From positions 24,678,001 through 24,742,000 of the forward strand of contig NC_086097.1 in NCBI RefSeq assembly GCF_963921235.1: DNA of 64,000 nucleotides, written 5' to 3'. Numbering within the stretch: position 1 is the stretch's first letter; the number at the start of each line of letters is the position of its first letter. Under the pieces are notes generated by a model. It did not search any database, had not been told where the DNA came from, and worked only from the letters and a program-made list of their open reading frames with translations. The position numbers and the translations under genes were made by a program. This document shows, in pieces, positions 26,731 through 41,379 of this stretch. Origin of the DNA: Mobula hypostoma (taxonomy: Eukaryota).

Positions 26731-28529
26731 TGTTGTAGCTGATATCTGTAGAATACATGGAGACAGATAATATCTATGATATGTTCAGAGAAGGGTTAAA
26801 TTTATAATCAATAAAAATAGGAAATATGAGGTACTAAAACAACTCCAAAACATATTAATAACACACACAAAATGCTGGAGGAGCTCAGCAGGTCAGGCAG
26901 AATCTATGGAGAGGAATAAACAGTCAACGTATTGGGCCAAGGTCTGGATAGGAAGGGGGAAGAAATGAGAGGAAGAAGACTGGGGGAAGGGGAAGGTTCA
27001 CAAGCTAGAAGGTGATGTTTGCAACCAGGTGAGAGGGAAAATAATTGGATGGGGAAGCGGGGATGAAGTAAGAAGCTGAGAAGTGATGGGTGGAAGAGGT
27101 ACAGGGCTGCAGAAGAAGCAGAGGAGAGGTGAATGGTCCCGAGGAGAAAGGGAAGGAAGAAGGACACCAGAGGGAGGTGATAAGCAGGCGATAAGAAGAG
27201 GTAAGAGGAGAGCCAGAATAAGGAATGGAAAAAAAGGAAAGGGGAAGGAAGGAGAAATTACCAGAAGTTAGAGAAATCACCAGAAGTTAGAGAAATCAAT
27301 TTTCATGTCGTCTAAATCACCTTAATGATTTAGGGGTTGACTGTGTTTTATCGTTCATTCATCTGGGTAGATTTTTCATCAACAAATAGTTTCATTCTGT
27401 GTTTTGTATTATTTTTATTTGCTCACTCACCCTGGTTGTTCTCAAAATCTTCTTTGCATGAGAAACAAAGCTTCCCTCTGTATCGAGACTTCCACAAAAT
27501 AAATCCGCCCCGTCAGGGAAGAGGCATGGACACCACTGATTTAACAATAGGATTGAAGGAGAATCTTTATAAAGATGTTGCTGGGGACTTGAGGATCTGA
27601 GTTACAGGGAAAGGTTTAACAGGTTAGGACATTATTCCCTGGAGTGTAGGAGAATGGGGGGAGATTTGATAGAGGTATACAAAATTATGAGGAGTATAGA
27701 TAGGTTAAATGCAAGGAAGATTTTTCCACTGAGTTTGGGTGAGACCAGGACTAGAGGTCATGGGTTAAGGGTGAAAGATGAAATGTTTAAGAGTAACCTG
27801 AGAGGGAACTTCTTAACTGGGAGGGTGGTGCAACTGTGGAGCAAGCTGCCAGCAGAAGTGGTGGATGCGGGTTCAATGGTAACATTTAAGAGAAGCTTGG
27901 ATAAGTAGATGGACATGGGGGATATGGAGGATAATGGTGCAGGTCGGTGGGATGAGGCAGAATAACAGTTTGGCATGGACTAGATGGGCTGATGGGCCTG
28001 TTTCTGTGTTATAATGCTCTATGACTGTATAACACAGCTGATGAAAGACAGCAGCATTTAATAGACATTTACAAGGGATATAGATAGGGTGAAAGCATGC
28101 AGTCTCTTTCATCCTCAGGTTGGGAGAAACTAGAATTATAGGTCATAGGTTAAGGGTGAAAGGTGAAATACTTAAGGGGTACCTGGGGAGCAACTTCTTC
28201 ACTCAGAGGGTGGTAAGAGTGGAATGAACTGCTGGTGGAAGTGGTAGATGAGGATTCAATTGTAATAATTAAGAGAAACTTGGATAGGTTTATGGATATA
28301 GCTAGGCCTTATTATTGCCTTGGGGTCAGCTGTTGCAGTCGCCAAGGAAGGAGATGTCAGAGCTGGCTATGTGCTGCTGGATTCCATCCCAGCAGTGTTT
28401 GCTCAATGGGAGACAAGCTGGATTGTGCTTGTCTGAGGATACACTACACGATATGAGAAACTGCTGCAGACTTTTCTTGCAGAAACATGGCTACAGGACA
28501 ACAGAGCCAGTGTTCTGTTCTGGGTGTCT

Positions 28530-31500
28530 ATTGTGCATTTCCAGAAGACTTCCAGCCTCCCCGATGGTCACATATGCACCAGGTGCATTGGGATGCAGCT
28601 CCTTAGAGACCGTGTTAGGGAACTGAAGCTGCAGCTCGATGACCTTCAGCTTGTTAGGGAAAGTGAGGAGGTGATCGATAGGAGATACTGGCAGGTAGTC
28701 ACACCGGGCCACAGGAGACAGACAAATGGGTGATTGTCAGGAGAGGGAAGGGAGAACATCAGATAGTGGAGAGCACCCCTGTGGCAGTCCCCCTCAACAA
28801 TAAGTACTCCATTTTGAGTACTGTTGTGGGAGCTAACCTACCTGGGGAAGCAACAGTGGCCGTGCCTCTGGCACTGAGTCTGGCCCTGTGGCTCAGAAGG
28901 TTATGGAACTGAAGAGGGTGGCAGCAGTAATAGTGGACTCTATAGTCAGGGGGACAGATAGGTAATTCTGTGGACACGAAAAGAAACATAGATGGTGGTT
29001 TGCCTCTTGTGTGCCAGGGTCCGTGATGTTTCTGAATGTGTCCACAATATCCTGAAAAGGAATAGTGAGCAGCCAGAAGTTGTGGTACATATTGGTACCA
29101 ATAATGTAGATAGAAACAGGGAGGAGGTCCTGAAAACAGAATACAGGGAGTTAGAAAGGAAGCTGAGAAGCAAGACCTCAAAGGTAGTAATCTCAGGATT
29201 ACTGGCTGTGGCATGCAGCCTTGAGGATAGGAATAGAATAAGGTGGCAGATAAATGTGTGGCTGAAGAATTGGAGCAGGGGAGCAGGGATTCAGATTTCT
29301 GGATCATTGGGAACTCTTCTGGGGCAGGTGGGACCTCTACAAAAGGGACGGGTTGCACTTGAATCTGATGGGGACCTCTGTTCTTCCGGGCAGGTTTACT
29401 AGAGCTGATGGGAGTGGTTTAAACTAATATAGCAGGTGGATGGGAACTAGTATGATAGAGCTGAGGATGAACTAGCAGGTTTACAAGTAAATGACTGGTG
29501 TAACATGAATGTAAGGAAGGACAAGCCACTGATTGGGTACAAATGCAGACAGACAAAGAGTTAAGTTGTACCACAGAGGCAAAATCCAAAAGGATTGAAG
29601 GTGCTGTATTTTAATACATGTAGCATTTGGAAAAAGGTGGATGAACTCATGGCACAATTAGAGATTGGTCAGTATGACGTCGTGGGCATCACTGAGTATC
29701 AGCTGAAAGAAGGCCATAGTTGTGAGCTTAACATCAAAGGACATACTTTGTATCAAAAGTACAGGCAGGAAGGCATAGTGGTGATGTGGCTCTGCTGGTA
29801 GGAGATGGAATTACATCTTTAGAAGAGGTCAGAGAATGTTGAATCTTAGTGGGTGGAGTTAAGAAACTGCAAGGATAAAAAAATATATTGTGGGAATCAT
29901 ATATAGACCTCCAAGTAGTAGCCAAGATGTGGGGTTGAGATTGCAAAGGGAGCTGGAAAAGCTGAATAAGGGTAATGACACAATTATAAGAGAGAATTCA
30001 ATATGCAAGTGGATTGGGAAAATCAGGTTGGTGTCGGATTGCAAGAGAGGAAATTTGTTGAATGCCTATGAAATGGCTTTTTAGAGCAGCTTGTGCTTAA
30101 GCCTACTCAGAGAAAGGCTATCTCAGATTGGGTGTTGGGTAAAAACACAGATCTTATTAGAGGGCTAAATGTAAAGGAAACCTTAGGAGGCAGTGATCAT
30201 AATATGATTGAATTCATACTGCAAATTGAGTAGGGAGAAGCATAAGTCACATGTATCAGTATCGCAGTGGAATTAAGGGAATTGCAGAGGCTTGAGAGAG
30301 GAGCTTGCCCAGGTGAATTGGAGGGGGATAGTGGCGGGGATGATGGCAGAGCAGAGATGGCTGAAGTTTCTGGGAATAGTTCACAAGGCGCAGGATAGAT
30401 ATGTTCCACAAAGGAAGTTGTTCTCAAATGTGAGGGGTAGGTAACCATGGCTGACGGGAAGTTAAGGACTGCATAAAAGCCAAGGAAAGAGCATATAAGG
30501 TAGCAAAAGTGAGTGAGAAGCTGGATGATTGGGAAGCTTTTATAATCCAACAAAAGGCAACTAAAAAAGCTATAAGAAGGGGAAAGATGAAATATGAGGG
30601 GGAAAGATGAAATATGAGGGCAAACGAGTCAATAATATAAAGCAGGATGCTAAAAGTTTTTTTCAGGTATAGAAAGAGTAAAAGGGAGGTGAAAGTTGAT
30701 ATTGGACCACTGGAAAATGATTCTGGCGAGGTAGTAATGGGAGACAAAGAAATGGCAGATGAACTTAATGGGTACTTTGCATCAGTCTTCACTGTGGAAA
30801 ACACCAGCAGTGGGCCAGAGGTCCGTGAGTATCAGGGAACAGGAGTGAGTGCCATTGCTATTACAAAAGAAAAAGTGCTAGGCAAACTCAAAGGTCTTGA
30901 GGTGGATAAGTCACCTGTATCAAATGGACCACATCCCAGAATCCTAAGAAAGGTTGCTAAGGAGATCAAGGATGTATTGGTCACGATCTTTCAAGAATCA
31001 CTTAATTCTGGCATGGTCCGGGAGGTCTGGAAGATTGCAAATGTTACTCCACATTTTAAGAAGGGAGGAAGGCAAAAGAAAAATAAATTATAGGCCAGTT
31101 AGCCTAACCTCAGCGGTTGGTAAAGTGTTGGAGGATGAGGTTTTGGAGTACTTAGAGACTAATGATGAAATGTCAAAGTCAGCATGGTTTTTGTAAAGGG
31201 AAGCCTTGCCTGACTAATCTGTTAGAGTTCTTTGAGGAAGTAACAAGCAGGGTAGACAAAGGAGAGGTAGTGGATGTCACTTACTTAGATTTCCAGAAGG
31301 TATTTGATAAAGTGTGACACAAGAGGCTGTTTAACAAGCTAAAATCCTGTGGCACTACAGGAAAGATACCGGCATGGATAGCAGAATGACTGACAAGCAG
31401 GAAGCAGTGAGTGGGAATAAAGGGGGTCTTTTCAGGTTGGCTGCCAGTGACTTGTGGTGTTCCTCAGGGATCAATATTGAGACTGCTACTCTTCACATTG

Positions 31501-32465
31501 TTTGTCAATGATTTGGATAATGGAAATGATGGCTTTATGGCAAAGTTTAAATGATATGAAGATGGGTGGAGAGGTAGGTAGTGCTGAGGAAGCAATGCGA
31601 TTGCAACAGAACTTAGACAAATTGGAAGAATGGGCAAAAAAGAGGCAGATGGAATACGGTATTGGGAAATGTATGGTAATGCATTTTGGTAAAAGGAGCA
31701 ACTGTGTAAACTATTATCTAAATGGAGAGAAGTTTCAAACATCAGAGGTGCAGAAGGATTAAGGAGTCATCGTGCAAGACTCCCAGAAGGTTAATTTACA
31801 AGTTGAGTCTGTGGTAAAGAAGGCAGCTGCAATGTTGGCATTTATTTCAAGAGGAATAGAATATAAAAACAAGGAGATAATGCTGAGGCTTTATAAGATA
31901 CTAGTCAGGCCACATGTAGAGTATTGTCAACAGTTTTGGCCCCATATCTCCGAAAGGATGTGTTGTCATTGGAGAGAGTCCGGAGGAGGTGCATGAGGAT
32001 GATTCCAGGATTGAAGGGGTTAACATATGAGGAGCGTTTGGCAGCTTTGGGCCTGTACTCACTGGAATTTAGGAGAACGTGTAGAGATCTCATTGAAACC
32101 TACCGAATGTTGAAATGACTAGATAGGGTGGATGTGGAGAGGATCTTTCCTATGACAGAGGTCTCCAGAACTAAGGGGAACAGCTTCAAAATTGAGGGAC
32201 AACCTTTTAGAAGAAAAGTATGGAAGAATTTTTTTAGCCCAAGAGCAGTGAATTTGCAGAATGCTGTGCAACAGACTGCGGAGGAGGCCAAGTCCACAGA
32301 TATACTTAAGGCGGAAGCTGATTCTTTCCTGATCAGTCAGGGCATCAAAGGATATGGCGAGAGGGCAGGTGCATAGAGTTGAGTGGGATCCAGGATCAGC
32401 CATGATGGAATGGTGGAGTGGATTGGATAGGCTGAATAATTCTGCTCCTATGTCTTATGGTCTTG
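28530..32465 (+). mobile_element. Near full-length degraded CR1 LINE (ORF1 zinc-finger/SGNH esterase; ORF2 APE endonuclease plus RT)
   Basis: CTRCIGMQLLRDRVRELKLQLDDL; VIVDSIVRGTDR / VVVHIGTNN esterase motifs; FNTCSIWKKVDEL..YDVVGITE and GIIYRPP endonuclease motifs; LNGYFASVFT, NYRPVSLTS, RT and 3' tail; many stops and frameshifts. Confidence 0.92.
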
Positions 32466-32540
32466 TGATCTAACATCCGTGCACCAACAATCTACAAGCC
32501 ATGACACTCAGGGGCTTGGGCTGTATTTTTTTTTTAATAA

Positions 32541-33778
32541 AGTGTATTTCAGTTAATTGGGCCATCGGTTAATTGGGGCAGCCACTTATTTAGTACAACT
32601 CTTAAAAAACAACGAATTGAAAAGATTGCCAGGATTCTGTTCATTTATTTGGGGCATGATGCTGCTTAATTGGGGCAGGAGACTGTTGCAAAGCAGCAGG
32701 TTCTATTTAACATCATTCGTGTGCATTTGTCTGGCTGTTTAACGCTACACCGTGCTTAGAGCAAACAGTTACAGTTGCGTCTGTTTGTGCTCAAATTGCA
32801 GTGATTTATGTCACTAATACTTGACAAGAAATAAGCAGTGAGACAATTCAGAACTGTTTTGCTTACTGTGGTTTCAAGCATTCAGGCTTGGAGATGCCAG
32901 AAACAGCCATAAGTGAAAATGAAACAATTTCATTAGTGCAACAAGTTAAGCACTACTAAAAGAATTTAGACCATAACACCATAAAACATAGAAGCAGAAT
33001 TAGGCCATTTGGCCCATCAAGCCTGATATGCCATTCAATCATGGCAGATTCTTTTCTCCACCCTCCTCAGTCCCACTCCTCGGCCTTCTTCCCATAACCT
33101 TTGATGCCATAGCCAATCAAGAACCTATCAATCTCCACCTTAAATACACCCAGTGACCTGGCCTCCATAGTGACCTGTGGTAACAAATTCCACATATTCA
33201 CCAACCTCTGGCTGAAGAAATTTCTCTGCATATCTGTTTTAAATGGACGCCCCACTACCCTGAGGCTGTGCTCTCTTGTCCTAGACTCCCCCACCGTGGG
33301 AAATATCCTTTCCACATCTACTCTGTCTGGGCCTTTCAACATTCGAAAAGTTTCAATGAGATCCCCCCTTCATCCTTCTGTCGGTACCTTTGATGGTATC
33401 GACAATCATATTGAATGTTACAATGATAATGAAGATTTGAATAATAAAATTGTCAACACTGTATGAAGGCAGTCCATTACAGTATCTGTACTAGGTATGC
33501 ATGCTGATTTTGTTCACTGTGTACACTGGGTAAGTTCCTCTATCAGTAACTACTTCATACTGAAACAGAGTCTCATAGTACTGCAGTACTAGTGGTGGTG
33601 TTCTAATTTGTTCTCTATTTCATTTAAATACGCAATTTGTTTGTCTTTTTTATACCTTTTAACTATTTTATACCTTTTTAACTATTTCCATGAAACTTTG
33701 GCTAATTAGGTCAGCTGCTTAGCTGGGCCACAATGTACTGGGTCTCATTGTGTCCCAATTAATTGGGATCTATTTTGT
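32541..33778 (+). mobile_element. Tigger/pogo-like non-autonomous DNA transposon, split by a CR1 3' fragment (~32970-33380, minus)
   Basis: Degenerate inverted ends (..ttaattgggcc.. / ..cccaattaa..); internal SETIQNCFAYCGF resembles the pogo/Tigger TIxNCFxxxGF motif. Confidence 0.6.
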
Positions 33779-35439
33779 TATTTTTGTTTGTAACTATGTT
33801 TTTCTGCTATCATAGTTGTATGTGTAGATGTGCTGTGTGTTATGTGTGAGTGTTGGTTCAGAGTTTTGCACCTTGGCCCCAGCCGTTTCGTTCGGCTGTA
33901 TTCATATGTATGGTTGAATGAGAATTAAACTTGAACTTCAACTTGATGAGAGGAATTTGGAGGGATATGATCCGAGTGTACACAGAAGATCAGGTCAGCT
34001 TGGACTGGATGGGATGAAGGGTGTGCTTCTATGCAGTATTACTTTATCACTCTGTGACCCTCAGACCCTATCGATTGGGGAAGCATCGGCTGGGGGGTGC
34101 GATATTGGGCCAATGTAAAGAAAGTGTTTGCACATGTTGGGAAAATATTTATCAGGTTTCAGAACTGGGTATAGTGCACATTCTGAGATGTTCTGCAGTG
34201 AGGTTCAAGACCCACAGGGGCAATTAATACAACAAATCACAGAAGATAATTTTTGAATTCACTCCCTGGGGATGTAATCTTCTCATCTGCATTGTTCATT
34301 AACTTTGTAATTGCTTCTGAAATAAAACAAATCTACAAAGTCACAAACACACATCGGTTGTAAGTCAGTCTTTGTGTGTAGTTTTTCAATTGATGCTGTT
34401 GTTATTTCTTTGTTTTACATGAATACCTGCAAGAAAATGAATCTCAGGATGGTATATGGTGACATATACATACTTTGATAAATTACTTTGAACTCTGAGC
34501 TTAGAACTTTGAACACAAGAGATTCTACAGATGTTGGAAATCCAGATCAACATGACAAAATGTTGTAGGAAATCAGCAGGTCAGGCAGCATCTATGGAGA
34601 AGAATAAACAGTCGAGTTTTGGGCTGAGACTCGTCACCAAGATACAAACTTCAAGACTGTTTGATGTCATTTCTGGTATACAAGTGTAAAGGAGAACAAA
34701 ATAATTGTTACTCTGAATCTGATGTGGCATATGAAAATCATATGAAGATAAAGAATACAACAATATAAAAACACAATAAATATAAATAAATAAGTTAGCT
34801 TATACCTATTGATTGATTGTATTGTCATAAACTGACGCGATGCACAGGAGTGACTGTACCTAAGGTGACTCTGACAGGAAATGATAAAGTAATGGTCATG
34901 GGGGTGTGGTTAATGGGTGTTGATCAGCCTTATCGCTTGGGGAAAGTAACTGTATTGAGAATAGTGGTCCTGGCATAGATGCTACGAAGCCTCCTCCCCA
35001 ATGGGAGTGGGATAGACAGTAGTCATGATATTGCTGATCTTTTTACAGCACCTTTCTGTATATTTGTATGTCTTTGATGGCAGCTAGACTGGTGACTGGT
35101 GATGCATTGGGCAGAAGTGACTACCTGTTGTAAAGCCATCCTGTCTGCGGTGGTTCAGTTTCCATACCACACAGTTCTGCTGCATGCTAGGATGCTCTCT
35201 ACTTCACGTCTGTAGAAAGTCATGAGTATTGGTGTTCATAGTCCAGCTTTCTTCAGCTGGACTGAAAAGGAAGGGGGAAGAAAAGTTCTTCATTTATGAT
35301 CATCTGTAATCTGTCCATGTATTTCAAAGATACAGTTGGTAGGTATGGCAGTGGCACCATTGCTGGGCCATGATCCAGAAGTCTAGATCATTCATATGGA
35401 GATATGAGTTCAAATCCTGCAACAACTGCAGTGTTCAGA

Positions 35440-36250
35440 GTTCAAAATTCAAAGTACATATACAACCTCAAAATTATTCTCTTCCAGCAATCACAGTAAA
35501 TACAAAAAACACACTAGAAAGACTGCACCCAAAGGGGTAGACAACAACCAATGTGCAAAAAAAAGCAACAAAGAGCAAAGACAAAAAGAGAGAGGAAAAT
35601 GGAAATAATAATAATAAATAAGCAGTAAATATCAAGATCATGAGATGAAGAGTCCTGGAAAATAGGAACAGTTCTGTGGTGGGGCAAGTGAAGTTATCAG
35701 CCTGTTGGTTGAGGATTAACAACTGTTCCTGAACCTGGCAGTGCAGGTCCAAAGGCTCCTGTATCCTTTTCCTGATGGCAGCAGCAATAAGAGAGCCTGG
35801 TTGGTGGGAGACCTTGATGATGCTGCTTTCCCGCGACAGTGCTCCATGGAGATATGCTCAATTGTGGAGAGGGCTTTCCCTGTGATGGACTGGGCTATAT
35901 CCACTCATTTTTGTAGACTTTTCTGTACAAGAGTTTTGGTGTTTCCATACCGGGTCGTGATGCAACCAGTCAGTATACTCCCCACCACACATTTATAGAA
36001 GTTCGTCAAACTTTTAGATGACATGCCATATCTATGCAAATCTCTAAGAATTTTGAGGTGCTGCCACACTTTATTCGTAATGGCACTTACGTGCTGCACC
36101 CAGGACAGATCCTGTGAACTGATAACACCAAGGAATTTAAAGTTGGTTACCCTCTCCACCTCTGATCCCCTGATGAGGACTGGGTCATTGATCTCTGGTT
36201 TCCACTTCTTGAAGTCAATAATCATCTCCTTGGTCTTGGTGACATTGAGA
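35440..36250 (-). mobile_element. Rex1/Babar-type LINE 3' fragment
   Basis: ORF 35905-36225 IIDFKK..EVERVTNFKFLGVISSQDLSW..NFYKCVVGSILTGCIT. Confidence 0.85.
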
Positions 36251-36319
36251 CAGTGGTGTCATTGGCAAACTTAAAAATGGAATTGTTTAAACTTCAAGTA
36301 ATAGACGGGGACCAATCTA

Positions 36320-37490
36320 TTGGAGTTTATCGAGGAGGTTACCAGGAAAGTGGATGAAGGGGAGGCAGTGGATGTTGTCTACATGGACTTCAGTAAGGCC
36401 TTTGACAAGGTCCTGCATGGGAGGTTAGTTAGGAAAATTCATTCGCTAGGTATACATGGAGAGGTGGCAAATTGGATTAGACATTGGCTCAATGGAAGAA
36501 GCCAAAGAGTGGTAGTAGAGGATTGCATCTCAGAGTGGAGGCCTGTGACTAGAGGTGTGCGACAGGGATCAGTGCTGGATCCATTGTTATTTGTCATCTA
36601 TATCAATGATCTGGATGATAATATGGTAAATTGGATCAGCAAATTTGCTGATGATACAAAGATTGGAGGTGTAGTGGACAGTGAGGAAGGTTTTCAAAGC
36701 TTGCAAAGGGATTTGGACCAGCTGGATAAATGGGCTGAAAAATGGCAGATAGAGTTTAATACAGACGAGTGTGAGGTATTGCACTTTGGAAGGGCAAAGC
36801 AAGGTAGAACATACAGGGTAAATGGTGAGACACTGAGGAATGCAGTATAACAGAGGGATCTGGGAATACAGATACAAAATTCCCTAAAAGTGGCGTCACA
36901 GGTAGATAGGGTCATAAAGAGAGCTTTTGGTACGTTGGCCTTTATTAATCAAAGTACTGAGTATAAGACCTGGAACGTTATGAATCTGGAGTATTGTGTT
37001 CAGTTTTGGTCACCAAATTACAGGAAGGATATTAATAAGGTTGAAAGAGTGCAGAGAAGGTTTACAAGGATGTTGCCAGGACTTGAAAAACTCAGTTACA
37101 GAGAAAGGTTGAATAGGTGAAGACTTTATTCCCTGGAGCGTAGAAGAATGAGGGGAGATTTGATAGAGGTATATAAAATTATGATGGGTATAGATAGAGT
37201 GAATGCAAGCAGGCTTTTTCCACTGAGGCAAGGGGAGAAAAAAACCAGAGGACATGGGTTAAGGGTGAGGGGGGAAAAGTTTAAAGGGAACATTAGGGGG
37301 CGCTTCGTTACACAGAGAGTGGTGGGAGTGTGGAATGAGCTGCAGACGAGGTGGTAAATGCGGGTTCTTTAAGAATAAATTGGACAGATACATGGATGGG
37401 AGGTGTATGGAGGGATATGGTCCGTGTGCAGGTCAGTGGGACTAGGCAGAAAATGGTTCGGCACAGCCAAGAAGGGCCAAAAAGCCTAAT
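36320..37490 (+). mobile_element. CR1 LINE RT to 3' end
   Basis: ORF 36320-36850 [35 protein letters not shown], followed by 36890-37357. Confidence 0.92.
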
Positions 37491-38507
37491 GGTCACCAGG
37501 AAAATGATGGATTTTCTTAAACCTATCTGATTCATTTGTGCAACACATACAAAATGCCAGAGGAACTCTACTAGTCAGGCAGCATCTATGAAGGAGAATA
37601 AAAGAAATCAATATTTCAAACTGAGACCCCCCATTAGAATTATAAAGGGAGTGTGCAGAAGCCAGAATCAAAAATGTAGGGGAGGTCTGAAATGTCAACT
37701 GTTTATTCCCCTCCAAAGATATTTCCTGACTTGCTGTGTTCCTCCAACATTTTGTGTGTGTTGTTCAAGATTTCCTTCATCTGCAGAATCTCTTGTGTTT
37801 GTGATTCTTCCATGCCCTTCACTGACAGAAAGTCTGAGCTGTTTGTGACTGCAGGTTCAAGGGCTGACTTTGCCCTCTAATGGCCTATACAGACACTACA
37901 CGCTGTTGCTGCCTTCCCCGGTGATTCCACAACCCATGAACTAGTACATTTACCTCATCTCCTCATCTCCAGAGGCAGCCACTACCACACACCTCCCCCC
38001 CCCCCACCCCCATCTGTTCCTATCTAAAGGATTCTCTGATTCTCACGAATCACTGGATGGGTCAAGTTCAGATGAATATTACTGAATATCGAAATGCCTA
38101 TTTAGACTGGACATGGAAATGATGTTTCCAATACTGGGAGAGTCTAAGACCAGAGGAGACAGCCTCTGAATGGAAGGATGTCCCTTTAGAACAGAGATGA
38201 AGAAGAATTTCTTCAGCCAGATGGCGATGAATCATTGCCACAGAAGGAGACTAAGTCATTGGATTTGCAATGGTTGATAGGATTTTTGAATAGTAAGGGT
38301 GTCAAAAGCTATGAGGAGAAGGCAGGAGAATGGGTTTTATAAGGGTAATAAATCAGCCATGATCGTATGGCGGAGCAGACTTGATGGCAGCCAGGAAGGA
38401 GGGGTCACTTGGAATTTGCAATGTAGGGTGTATCTGTTACACAGGGAGAATCTGAGTGTCAAACATAAGCAAATGGAGAGGAAAGTGAAGATGCATGATG
38501 CGCTTTC

Positions 38508-38700
38508 GTGTTTATGTGTGTGTCTGTGTCTGTGTTCTGTGTGTGTGTATGCTTTGGTGTGTATGTGTGTATGCTTTGGTGTATGCGTGTGTGTGCATTG
38601 GTGTATGTGGGTGTGTGTGTGTGTGCACGCGCGCACTTGCACTTTGGTGTGTGTATGTATTTGTGTGTCTATGTGTATGTGTGTGCATGTCTGTGTGTGT

Positions 38701-38735
<35 letters not shown>

Positions 38736-38880
38736 TATGGATGGTTGATATGTGTGTATCTAGATAAGCATATGTGTGTGGTTATGTATGTCTGTCTACA
38801 TGAGTGCATAAGTGGGTCTTGATGGGTGTGTGTGTGGGGGGGGATGGGTGTAACTGGGTGTATATGTGTTCATGTGTGTC
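38508..38880. repeat. Degenerate (TG)n microsatellite / low-complexity tract
   Basis: Visible TG dinucleotide runs. Confidence 0.9.
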
Positions 38881-41379
38881 TTCTACTGCATCTGAGAGTT
38901 TAGGTATGAGACTGTAAGGATTTGTGGGTACGTATGCGATATTGTCAGGCTGTGCATTTAGTGTATGTGAGGGTGTTTGTATTTTTACATAAGTGTACTG
39001 TTTGTGTATGTGTGTATGAGGGTGTGTATAGATATCATATCCTTCATTGGTGTAATTAAAAGAAAGTCCATCTCTTGCTGCCTGTTCTCATTAAGGGTGA
39101 TGGAAAGAGTTGATTATAGAGGTGACACGGCGAGCAGCTTTATACTTCCAGTTGAAAAGCTGATATAATGCAGAGGTTTCACTCCATGTGAGAGCTTCTC
39201 TTCGTGCAGCCTGTTCCACCTCACACCAGGAGCTAATCTTCTCGGCTGAGAGACATGTTTAATCCGAACTTTTCGATAGCAGGGGCCAAACAATCTGTTT
39301 GTGAGCATGCTGTCCTTGACAACTGTAAAACCCCAGCTCAGACACATAGCTCAGTCGGGTCAGAAACAAAATGTGTTTCACAAAATGGAACTTTCAGTGT
39401 CTGCGTCTGGGCTTCTCTTCTCTAGTTTTGATGGTTTGGTGAATCAATGCAGAGTCAGACTGAGGCTCAGATTTATTTATCCCATGTACAACGTTTGTAC
39501 ATTGAAATATAACCATGAAATGCACCATTTACATTAACAACCAACATACCCAAGGATGTGCTGGGGGCAGCTCAACATTCCGGTGCCAAATGCTTAGCAT
39601 GCCCATGATGTTCAACAACGATATTTGTACATTCTTCCTGTGACCACGTCGGTCTCCTCCTGGTGCTTGTGTGTTATTGATGGTTGGGCATGGAGGTGTA
39701 GTGGTCAACATTGCTCTATTACAGCGTTAAGATAAGGGATCAAAGTTCAAACTAAGTGTATTATCAAGGTACATCTATACTACCCTGAGATTCCTTTTCT
39801 TGTGGGCATATTCTATAAATCCATTATAGAATCAATGAAGAACCACACCAACTTTGCATTCAACCAATGTGTAAAAGACAACAGACTGTGCAAATACAAG
39901 AATAAAGGAATAATAATAATAAATAAATAAGCAATAAATATCGAGAAGAAGACATGAAGAGTCTTTGAAAGTGAATTCATAGGTTGTGGGTGCATTTGTT
40001 GATGAAGCGTGTGAAGTTTTGAACAGTAGTCAATCAGCGGGCGCGAGAGAAGTAACTCACACAAGTCAGCAAGAGGTCAAGGGTTAAGGATGAAAGGTGA
40101 AGTATTTAAGGGGAATATGAGGGGAAATTTCTTCACTCAGAAGTTTTAGATAACAGGCCAAATCTTCGCAAACTTCTCAGCAAGTAGAGGCACTGCTGTG
40201 CTTTCTTCATAATGGCACCTAGGTGCTCGACCTGCTACTATCTGTAAGGAGTTTGTACATTCTCCCTGTAACCGTGTGAGTTTCCTCTGGGCGCTCCGGT
40301 CTCCTTTCACTTTCCAGAGATGTATGGACTCGAGGGTTAATAGGTCACGTGGGTGTAATTAGGCAGTACAAGCTCGTTGGGCTGGAATGACCTATTACTC
40401 TGTTGTATCTCTAAATAACTAACAAAACAAACAAATAAATATGCACAAATAAATAAACACACTAGCTGCTCCGGTTTCCTCCCACACAGTAACGTTGAGG
40501 ACATGATATGTTGGTGCTGGAAGCACGGCGATACTTACGGGCTGCCCCCAGCAGAATCCTTGCTGATTTGAATTGACGCAAGTGATGCATTTCACTGTAA
40601 ATTTTGATGTTCATGTGACAAATGAAGTTAATCTTCAATTGGCCACTGTAGTAGAATCGGTGGGGGACGTGGGGAGTTCATAGGAATGCCCTTGAACATC
40701 AGAGAGTGGATATCTGGGCCAGACCAGGTAAGCGTAACAGATGGGCCTGAACCAGACGTGCCTGCTTAAGAATCTACTAGTTTCATGGCTACTGTTACGA
40801 ATAATAGCATTTTATTTTAACTCATTTTGGCTTTAACTGGATTTAAATTTTGGTTCATTCAGATTTAATTGGATTTAAATTTCCATCTGCTGTGTGGGAT
40901 TGGAATTCACAAGCTCATCAACTGAGCCACAATTCTCCGTCCCTAACCTGCTGAACACTGTATTTCCATCATACTTCTATGTTTTTACTTAAGATTTCCA
41001 AAATTTTCAAAATCTTAAGGCTTTCCTTTCGAGGCACTTATTAAAATATAGTCTCTGTTGCAATGGGCACAGTGGAGAATATCCTGATTGGTTGCCTCAC
41101 AACCTGGTATGGAAATGGCCAGGAACAGAAAGGTCTATAGAAAGTGGGGGATTCAGCCAAAAGGCAAAATCCTCCCACCATTGTGCCTACTTGCAAGGAG
41201 CTCTGCCACACGAAAGCAGCATCCATCATCAAGGGCCTCCACCATCCAGGTCATACTCTCTTCTCACTCTGTTGGAAGTACAGGAGCCTTAGGTCCCACA
41301 CCACAGGTTCAGAGACAGTTGTTACCCTACAACCATCAGGCTCCTAAACCAGCGTGGATAACTTTACTCATCTCAACTC

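Noticed and set aside
30579..30620. Short exact tandem duplications (also ~27260-27298, ~33648-33688)
   Set aside because: Typical slippage or repair duplications within dead transposons; no sign of function
38299..38822. Cys/Val- or His/Thr-rich ORFs (also near 9970-10375, 24016-24750, 53912-54329)
   Set aside because: Translations of TG/CA microsatellites
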